From an uncultured Thermoplasmata archaeon (GTDB lineage: Archaea > Thermoplasmatota > Thermoplasmata > Lutacidiplasmatales > UBA184), in NCBI GenBank assembly GCA_963804525.1, contig CAWDQO010000005.1, positions 738,844-802,843 on the forward strand: 64,000 nucleotides of DNA, in the 5' to 3' direction. This document shows positions 1 to 6,507 of this stretch, piece by piece. Position 1 is the first letter of the stretch. Every line of letters starts with the position of its first letter. A program made the translations under genes and the position numbers. Under the pieces are notes generated by a model, which searched no databases, was not told where the DNA came from, and was given only the letters and a program-made list of their open reading frames with translations.

Positions 1-652
1 TGAACCGGTACGTCCGCCCGATCTCCTTCCGGCCGATCCGGGACTTGCTCGCGATCTCATCGAGGGTCCGCGGCACGTTGCACTGCCGGCAGCTGCCGTA
101 GAGCGAGGCGGCCACGACCCCCTCAATCGAGCGGCCGCGGATCAGGTTCCGGTTGACCGCCTTCCGGTAGATCATCGCCGCCGTCTCGCGGACGTTGCGC
201 GGAAGCGCCATGGACGAAGCGATCCGGTCGAGCTCCGCGAGCGCGAACGCGAGGTTCCGCTCGGTCGCGTTCGAGACGCGGATCCGGCGCTGCCATTTCC
301 GGAGCCGGTAGAGCTGGGCCCGGTTCCGGGTCGGGATCGATTTCCCGTACGGGTCGCGGTTCTTCCACCCGATCTCGGTCGAGAGCCCCTTGTCGTGGAT
401 CGTGAGGGTGGTGGGGGCGCCGGTCCGGGTCCGCTTCTCGCCCTGCTCGGCGTCGAACGCCCGCCATTCGGGTCCCTGGTCGATCATCGCCTCCTCGAGG
501 ACGAGGCCGCACTCGTCGCAGACGAGTTCCCCGCGCTCGTAGTCCCGGGTCAGGTGGGTGGAGCCGCAGTTGGTGCAGCGGGTCGGTACCGCGAGGTCGG
601 AAGGCGGTGCCGGCGCTTTCTCGCCGTTCGAGGCCGTCTCATCCTGCTGCAT
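1..652 (-). CDS. tfb: Transcription initiation factor B (TFB/TFIIB), N-terminal ~217 aa; gene runs off the window start
   Basis: Absent from the ORF track because it leaves the window. My translation from ATG at 652-650: [67 protein letters not shown]...[53 protein letters not shown]. This is a CxxC..CxxC Zn-ribbon plus the first cyclin-like repeat of archaeal TFB. Confidence 0.9.
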   Translation of the reverse strand, partial: MQQDETASNGEKAPAPPSDLAVPTRCTNCGSTHLTRDYERGELVCDECGLVLEEAMIDQGPEWRAFDAEQGEKRTRTGAPTTLTIHDKGLSTEIGWKNRDPYGKSIPTRNRAQLYRLRKWQRRIRVSNATERNLAFALAELDRIASSMALPRNVRETAAMIYRKAVNRNLIRGRSIEGVVAASLYGSCRQCNVPRTLDEIASKSRIGRKEIGRTYRF

Positions 653-935
653 GGGGTCGACCCTGCTCGGTGACCAGGGGCTGCCCGACGAGCGCGACGC
701 CCTCGGCCGGATTCGGCGCCCGGCGGAGCCGGACGCTGAAGTACGGCCGGGAGACCGGGCCGAAGACGCGCGTGACGCGTCCGCGGTGCCGACCGGAGCC
801 GTCGGCGACGACCGTCCCCTCGGACGGAAACCGCTCCCCGAACGCCCTCGCGATCAACTGACCGGTCGGACCGACTGCGTGCACCACGCCAACAGTCCGC
901 TCGCGCGGTTCCGCGCGAAGTCCCTGGCGAGCCAA
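639..935 (-). CDS. gar1: H/ACA RNP component Gar1
   Basis: ORF 639..935(-). [17 protein letters not shown]...[19 protein letters not shown] matches the Gar1 barrel motif (V.DVFGPV..PY). It lies directly upstream of tfb and overlaps its ATG by 14 nt, the usual archaeal gar1-tfb arrangement. The track start is TTG, so the true start is uncertain. Confidence 0.75.
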   Translation of the reverse strand: MARQGLRAEPRERTVGVVHAVGPTGQLIARAFGERFPSEGTVVADGSGRHRGRVTRVFGPVSRPYFSVRLRRAPNPAEGVALVGQPLVTEQGRPHAAG

Positions 936-969
936 GTGGTATAAGGGACTTGCGATAGGTATTTAGTCG

Positions 970-2136
970 TTACGGTCGACCGCCCCGTCGAGAGCGGCCC
1001 CGGCTCGACGTGGGGAGCCCGTCGTCGGGCGGAACGAGCGGGGACGGCCCGATCGTGTCGAAATCGAACGCATCGTCGTCGTCGTCCGCCTCGTCGTCGT
1101 CGCCGGTCCCGAGCTCCCCGGTCGCCCCCGGAGGGACGGTCGGCTCGGCCGGAAGCTCCCCGACCGCACCGGGGGGCGGGGTGACGCGGGACTCCGCGGG
1201 GGGCGAGGGCCGGGGCGGGGCGGCAATCGGGGGCGCGCCGGCGCGGCCGTCCGACAGGCCCTCGGGGCTCGTGCCGAGGCGGCCGGGGGTCCGTTCCTTC
1301 GTGAGCCGGTCGACCTCGTTCCAGAGGGCTTCGATCTCCTCCTCGGGGGTCCCGTACCGGCGTTCCTCGGACAGCGCGGCCCGGACCTGGTCCCGGAGCC
1401 GGGCGGCGCTCTGGGCGTCGTGGGCCTTCCCCTTGATCCGTTGCAGTCGGCGGGCGAGCTTCCGGGCCTCGAGGAGGATCTCCTCCTCCTCGTTCCCGGC
1501 CTTCGGCGGGACCGTCCCCACCGTCGGGGCCCGCGGGATCCGTGCGACCGCCTTGCGGACGTCGATGAGCTGGCGGGCCGTCGTCAGGAGCTGTTCGTCC
1601 TGGACGGCGCGGAGGAACTTCGAGAACTCCCGGGTCGCCTCGGAGACGTCCTCGCCCCGGTTCCGGGCCACCCGGATCTGGACGCCGAGCGCCTGACCCT
1701 CTTGGACGCAGAACTTCGGGATCGTGTCGTTCAGGACGGCGAGGCTCGCCGACGCCGACGCGGCCGCCTTCTCGAGCGAACCCTGCGAGAGCGGGGCGCT
1801 CTTCAGGCGCGCGCGGGCGTTGCCGACGCGGGCGTCGAGGTGCTCGAGGTCGATCCCCAACTGCTGGGCGACGTCGCGGAGCTCGTCGGCCCGTTGGAGG
1901 AGCGCCCGGACCCACGTCCAGTCCCGGGCCGCGGAGGAGTACAGGGTCTCGGCACGCAGCAACAATTTCAGGGCCTGGTCCCGGTGGTCCTCGGCGAGCG
2001 CCGTCTCGACCCCCGTCCGCACCTGGTCGGTCGGGTACGGGAGTCCTTCGGCCTCGAGCGCATGGCCCTGCTCGACGAGCCGGCGGAGACGCTCGACCGG
2101 GTCGAGCCCGAGCGACGATGCCATCGTTCCGCTCAC
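970..2136 (-). CDS. Hypothetical long alpha-helical protein with Pro-rich then poly-acidic C-terminal tail
   Basis: ORF 970..2136(-), 388 aa, with protein-like composition (helical heptad-like segments such as EEEILLEARKLARRLQRIKGK). The tail is PPRPSPPAES...GDDDEADDDDDAFDFD. Its start overlaps the stop of the upstream gene by 4 nt. No family recognised. Confidence 0.7.
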   Translation of the reverse strand: MSGTMASSLGLDPVERLRRLVEQGHALEAEGLPYPTDQVRTGVETALAEDHRDQALKLLLRAETLYSSAARDWTWVRALLQRADELRDVAQQLGIDLEHLDARVGNARARLKSAPLSQGSLEKAAASASASLAVLNDTIPKFCVQEGQALGVQIRVARNRGEDVSEATREFSKFLRAVQDEQLLTTARQLIDVRKAVARIPRAPTVGTVPPKAGNEEEEILLEARKLARRLQRIKGKAHDAQSAARLRDQVRAALSEERRYGTPEEEIEALWNEVDRLTKERTPGRLGTSPEGLSDGRAGAPPIAAPPRPSPPAESRVTPPPGAVGELPAEPTVPPGATGELGTGDDDEADDDDDAFDFDTIGPSPLVPPDDGLPTSSRGRSRRGGRP

Positions 2137-3470
2137 GGCTCCTGCGGGACCTCGGCGGCGAGCGTGCGCATGAGGCGAGAGAGCGTCGCGTCCGCGTCCT
2201 CGAGCTTGCGGGCCCGCAGCTGCTCGGTGGCCCGCCGGATCTCGCCGGCCGCCTCGTAGGCGAGCTCGCTATCGGACGGGAGCGACCGGACCCGGGCCGC
2301 GAGTCCCCGTGCCTTCGTCAGTAGGCGCCCGAGCGCCCGTTCCGACGATTCGGGGTCGTCGGCGCCGTCGGCCGGCACCTCGTCCACGTCGGACTCTCCC
2401 TCGCCGTCGGCGGCCGGCTCGGGCGGCCCGAGCTCGCCGATCGCCACCCGGAGCTCGCGCAGTCGGGTCGTCGCCTCGACGATCTTGCCCCGCCGCAGAT
2501 GGCGGGTCGCCTCGGCATGGACCGTCCGGGCCGGACGGGAGGGAGCGTGGTCGGGGCCGTACGCGGCGAGGACCTGGGCGTGCCGCTCGAGCTCCTGCTC
2601 GATCGCCGGCGGGAGCGCCTCGTTGAGGAGCATGAGCGCCCGGGCGGCGATCTGGGCCCCCTCGTCGAGCGTGTCGGTCGAGAGGTCCGGCTGGGTGAGG
2701 AGCGCCTTGACCTGCTGGACCGCCTCCTCGACCTCCGCCACGGGGCGACCGACGACCTCCGCCGAGTCCCGGAGTCCGTCGATCTGCCGGAGGAGTCCCT
2801 TCAGCCCCTTCCAATCGGTCTCGATGCGGCCGAGTTGCTCGTCCGCCTCGACGAGGCGGTCGATCGCCTGCTCGGAACGCCCGGCGTCGATCTCGGCCCG
2901 GATCCGGACCGTCTCGGGTCCGAACGAGACCGCGACCCCCTCGTTTCGAAGGACCGCCTGCCGTTCCTCCAGGGACCGGAGCCGTCGCCCGAGAGATTCG
3001 TTCGTGGCCTCGTGGAGGCGGGCGAGCGCCGAACGAAGGAGCGAAAGCGCCTCGACCGTCCTACCATCCGCCTGCGTGAGCGCGGCCTGGTGAAGCTCGA
3101 CGGTGATGTCGGCGGTCGCTCCTCCCAGACGGTGCACGAGGCGGAGGGTCCGGTCGAGCTCCTGCGCCGTCTTCTCGACCTGCTCGGCGGTCGGGTCCCG
3201 GGTCGCGGGGCGGGCGGACCGCGGGGGCGGCTTCGGCCGGGAGCCGGTGGCCGGGAGCGGAACCGCTTCGGTCTCGGAGAGGCCGCGGAGGGCGTCCACC
3301 GCGAGTCCCGTGGGATAGCCGCAGACGGCACAGGACGTGGCTGTGGTCGGGTTCTCGGCCTCGCAGACCGGGCAGTCGGAGGTCGGGGAGCGAGCGTACC
3401 TAGACACCTTGGTTATCGTAGAATGGTACGCGTCCGACCTTAATCCCTCCGCCAATGGCCGGTTACCCAC
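2133..3470 (-). CDS. Hypothetical Zn-ribbon + long helical protein
   Basis: ORF 2133..3470(-). N-terminal CPVCEAENPTTATSCAVCGYP ribbon, then about 350 aa of helical sequence and an acidic patch (GEGESDVDEVPADGADD). The more likely start is GTG at 3407-3405 (VSRYARSPTSDCPVC), about 30 nt downstream of the AT-rich GGATTAAGG. Confidence 0.7.
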   Translation of the reverse strand: MGNRPLAEGLRSDAYHSTITKVSRYARSPTSDCPVCEAENPTTATSCAVCGYPTGLAVDALRGLSETEAVPLPATGSRPKPPPRSARPATRDPTAEQVEKTAQELDRTLRLVHRLGGATADITVELHQAALTQADGRTVEALSLLRSALARLHEATNESLGRRLRSLEERQAVLRNEGVAVSFGPETVRIRAEIDAGRSEQAIDRLVEADEQLGRIETDWKGLKGLLRQIDGLRDSAEVVGRPVAEVEEAVQQVKALLTQPDLSTDTLDEGAQIAARALMLLNEALPPAIEQELERHAQVLAAYGPDHAPSRPARTVHAEATRHLRRGKIVEATTRLRELRVAIGELGPPEPAADGEGESDVDEVPADGADDPESSERALGRLLTKARGLAARVRSLPSDSELAYEAAGEIRRATEQLRARKLEDADATLSRLMRTLAAEVPQEP

Positions 3471-3678
3471 CGGAGAACGTCGGGACGACCGTGAGGCGCG
3501 TCTTCGCCTCGATCGCGGTGTCCAGCGGTACCGGAACGCCGGCGATCAGCACCGCCGACCCCTCCGCCGCATGACCGAGGTCCCGCAGGACGGCCCTCAC
3601 GGGGGTCCCGGGTCGAACCCATCGGACCACCGGCGGCCCCGGGCGAGCCCCCCGCGCGACACGGACCTCGACCCGGAC
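3463..3678 (-). CDS. Ubiquitin-like beta-grasp protein (ThiS/MoaD/SAMP family) ending in Gly-Gly; start unresolved
   Basis: C-terminal 71 codons of ORF 3463..3774(-): VRVEVRVARGARPGPPVVRWVRPGTPVRAVLRDLGHAAEGSAVLIAGVPVPLDTAIEAKTRLTVVPTFSGG*. This is the ThiS/MoaD pattern with a terminal GG. The remaining upstream part of the ORF overlaps tRNA-Ser(CGA), and there is no ATG/GTG/TTG between the tRNA 3' end and VRVEV. Confidence 0.5.
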   Translation of the reverse strand, partial: VRVEVRVARGARPGPPVVRWVRPGTPVRAVLRDLGHAAEGSAVLIAGVPVPLDTAIEAKTRLTVVPTFSGG

Positions 3679-3698
3679 CCCGGAAGGAAAGGGAGAGG

Positions 3699-3818
3699 CG
3701 CTGAGGGGGAGATTTTCCGGGACCGGTCGCGGGCGGCCGGTCCCCTTTGAACTCCCGCGATGCATACGCACCACCAGATCTCGAATCTGGCGCCTTGGCC
3801 GGGCTAGGCTACCTCAGC
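3699..3818 (-). tRNA. tRNA-Ser(CGA) with ~33-nt insertion in the T-loop
   Basis: Hand fold on the minus strand: acceptor GCTGAGG/CCTCAGC; U8A9; D stem GCCT/AGGC; anticodon arm CCAGA-TTCGAGA-TCTGG (anticodon CGA); variable arm GGTGC-GTAT-GCATC; T stem GGGAG/CTCCC with loop TTCAAA[GGGGACCGGCCGCCCGCGACCGGTCCCGGAAAA]T. The parts sum to exactly 120 nt. No encoded CCA. Confidence 0.8.
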
Positions 3819-3842
3819 ACCCAACACCTCGGAGGGTCGCCC

Positions 3843-3850
3843 CTATTTGG
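3843..3850 (-). promoter_or_regulatory. TATA-like box for tRNA-Ser(CGA)
   Basis: Minus strand CCAAATAG, centred about 29 nt upstream of the tRNA 5' end at 3818. Confidence 0.45.
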
Positions 3851-3995
3851 CAGTTGTCCGACGACTGATTCCGGCGCTCGGCGGCGGTCGGGGGAAGAGC
3901 CGGAACGACACGGAGTTCCCGGTTCCCCGCGAACCCGTGGCAAGGAGCACGGGTGCCCCGACCCCCTTTCCGTACGGTGAGGGGGTTCCCGTCGA

Positions 3996-5114
3996 GTGCC
4001 GGGGGGTCTAACGCGCCCGGACCCGGTCGAACCGACACGGCGCGGCGGGCCGACTGCCCCCCCGTCGGAGGTTGGAGTGCTGCACGAGGAGGAGGTCGCC
4101 AGCGACCGCGCAGCGTCGAATTGGCGTTCGACGGCGCTCTCGATCGGTCTCCTGCTGCTGCTCGTGGTGATCGGCGCGGTCGTCTTCACCCTCGTCCGCC
4201 AATCCGGCGCGCTCCCCCGGTCGGACGACACCTACCTCCGGCTCGTGCTGCTCATCGGGCTCGGGGTGGTCGCGGTCGTCATCATCGGGCGGATCGTCCA
4301 CAACGTCTCGGCCCGATTCGCCGGTCGACGGCATGCCGGCCTCGTGGTGGACATCTACCGGATCGTCGCCTACTCCGTGCTCGGGGTCCTCGCCCTCTAT
4401 GCCGTCGGGGTCAACGGCTACGCCCTCCTCGCCGGGGGGACGTTCGCCGGCCTCGTCGTCGGGTTGGCCAGCCAAACCGCTCTCGCGAACGTCGTCGCCG
4501 GGATCGTTCTCGTCCTCGCGCGCCCGTTCGAGCCGGGGGACCGGATCACGCTCACGAGCGCGCAGTACAGCTTCCTCCTCCCGTCGTACGCCCCGAAGTT
4601 CTACTCCCAGGACCTCCTCATTCCCGGGTACACCGGCTCGGTCCAAGACGTCGGACTGATGTACACCGCGTTGCGCCTCGATGATGGACCCACGGTCCTC
4701 TTCCCGAACAGTCTCGTGATCGTCGGCGCCGTGATCTCCCACAACATCGCCGAGCGCTGGGTCCGGGTGAAGTACGAGGTCCCGTCGACGGTCGACCCCG
4801 TCCGCGCGCTCGCGGCGATCCGGGCGGCCGTCGTCGAGGACGCGTGGGTCGTGGGGAAGAAGTCGGTGCGGGTCGAGGTCAACGCGGCGATGATCGCCTC
4901 GTACGCCGTCTCCGTCGACGCGCTCTGCGCCGGGAACCACGAGGAGGCCCCGCGGAGCGCGCTGTATATCCGGATCATGCACGCCGTCGCGGCGCTGGTC
5001 CCTCCCGGCACCTTCGGGGTCGCCCTCACGAGTCCTGCCGCGCCGCCCGGGGCCCCGCCAGCGGCGGGACCGCCGCCGTCCCCCCCGAACAGCAATGCAC
5101 TCGCCGGACACTGA
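3996..5114 (+). CDS. Small-conductance mechanosensitive channel (MscS family)
   Basis: ORF 3996..5114(+). TM helices, then the MscS core LAGGTFAGLVVGLASQTALANVVAGIVLVLARPFEPGDRI...GSVQDVGLMYTALRLDDGPTVLFPNS. The likely start is GTG at 4077, preceded by GGAG. Confidence 0.85.
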   Translation: MPGGLTRPDPVEPTRRGGPTAPPSEVGVLHEEEVASDRAASNWRSTALSIGLLLLLVVIGAVVFTLVRQSGALPRSDDTYLRLVLLIGLGVVAVVIIGRIVHNVSARFAGRRHAGLVVDIYRIVAYSVLGVLALYAVGVNGYALLAGGTFAGLVVGLASQTALANVVAGIVLVLARPFEPGDRITLTSAQYSFLLPSYAPKFYSQDLLIPGYTGSVQDVGLMYTALRLDDGPTVLFPNSLVIVGAVISHNIAERWVRVKYEVPSTVDPVRALAAIRAAVVEDAWVVGKKSVRVEVNAAMIASYAVSVDALCAGNHEEAPRSALYIRIMHAVAALVPPGTFGVALTSPAAPPGAPPAAGPPPSPPNSNALAGH

Positions 5115-5293
5115 GCGCGACCGGGGAACGGAGCCGTCGGACGCGAAGCATGGGCTCCGCGGGTCGAGTCACCGGACGGTTCGGCAAGTTCCGGTCGCGA
5201 GCGCCGCTCCCCGAAGCTGGGCCCGGGACGTTCGCAGTCGGATTCGACCCCGGAACTTTCCGACTCCCGAGCCCGGCGGAGGCGCGCGGGAGG

Positions 5294-6322
5294 TCAGCGC
5301 TTCGCGACTGCGGCCTTGAGCCGGTCGATCGCGTCGATCCCGTACGGGTCGACGCCGCCGAGCTCGGCGAGGTGGAGCGAGAAATGGTCGCCGTAGCTGA
5401 CCCCGTCGAGGAGCGCCTCGAGCCGGTCGTCGGCCCGGAAGATGATCCGGTCCGCGACCACGCCACGCCGGATCAGCAGTCGCCCGAGGTGGGCCATCCC
5501 GGTCGACGTGCTCGGGTCGAGGGTGGCCCCCTCGAGGGCGAATACCGCCCACCGACGCGCATCGGCCTTCGGGAGCGCATCCCAGGCGACGATCGAATTG
5601 TGAAGGAGCTCGGGGAACGCGTCGAAGTGGGCCAGCCGCTTTGCGTTCTCCTCGACCTGGGTCGCCCAGCGGCGCGCCAGAGCGGCGTAGGCGACGTCCC
5701 CGTAGAACTGGGGGATCCGCGTGCCGACGCGCTTCGCGAGCAACGCCGGGGCGCCGCGGGGGCTCGAGTAGTCCGACTGGAGTTCCGCGAGCCGCGTCGC
5801 GACCCGCTCGACCCGGCTCTCGTTCGATTCCGGAAAGTACGGGTCGAGCACGCCGAGGAGTCCGCCGAGCATGTACCCGAGGGCGGCGCGCGGCGGGAGG
5901 CCCGGTGGAAGGACGATGAGGGGGACCCCGTCGCGCTCCGCCCGTTCGGCGAGGGTCCCTCCCGAGGTCATCGCGATCCGCGTCGCGCCCTGGCGGCGGG
6001 CGGTGTCGTACGCCGCGAGGGTCTCCCAGGTGTTCCCCGAGTAGCTCGTGAGGACCGCGAGGCTCGTCCGTCCCGCGGCCCTCGGGAGGAACGGACCGCG
6101 CCCGACCGAAAGGAGGAGGCTCGTCTCGGCGTCGGTGATGCCCCGGACGAGGTCGGCGGCGATCGCCGAGCCGCCCATCCCCGCGACGATCGCCATGCCC
6201 GCCTGGCGGGGCAGCCGCGCGTCGGCGTCCCGGCCGAGCCGGAACCCCTCGCGCAGGTGGTTCGGGAAGTCGACGGCGAGGCTGCGCATCCGGACCGCGC
6301 CGACCCCGGGCTTGCCGACCAT
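5294..6322 (-). CDS. Bifunctional phosphoglucose/phosphomannose isomerase (SIS domain, archaeal PGI/PMI type)
   Basis: ORF 5294..6322(-). Motifs IVAGMGGSAIAADL, LTSYSGNTWETLAAY and LGYMLGGLLGVL match the PGI/PMI family. Confidence 0.85.
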   Translation of the reverse strand: MVGKPGVGAVRMRSLAVDFPNHLREGFRLGRDADARLPRQAGMAIVAGMGGSAIAADLVRGITDAETSLLLSVGRGPFLPRAAGRTSLAVLTSYSGNTWETLAAYDTARRQGATRIAMTSGGTLAERAERDGVPLIVLPPGLPPRAALGYMLGGLLGVLDPYFPESNESRVERVATRLAELQSDYSSPRGAPALLAKRVGTRIPQFYGDVAYAALARRWATQVEENAKRLAHFDAFPELLHNSIVAWDALPKADARRWAVFALEGATLDPSTSTGMAHLGRLLIRRGVVADRIIFRADDRLEALLDGVSYGDHFSLHLAELGGVDPYGIDAIDRLKAAVAKR

Positions 6323-6507
6323 TGGCGGGTCCGAGTCGGCCGAATATTAGGGGTTGCGGGTGCCCGGCACGGTGTCGCAAGTTGCGGCGGGGAATCGTCC
6401 CCCCTCGGCGCGCGTCGGGACGCCCGAAAAACGAAAGGGATTATCTGGGGGGCTCAACCATTCGCCAGTACTCTCGACGGACCCTCGAGGTCCGGGGAGC
6501 GAAGAGG

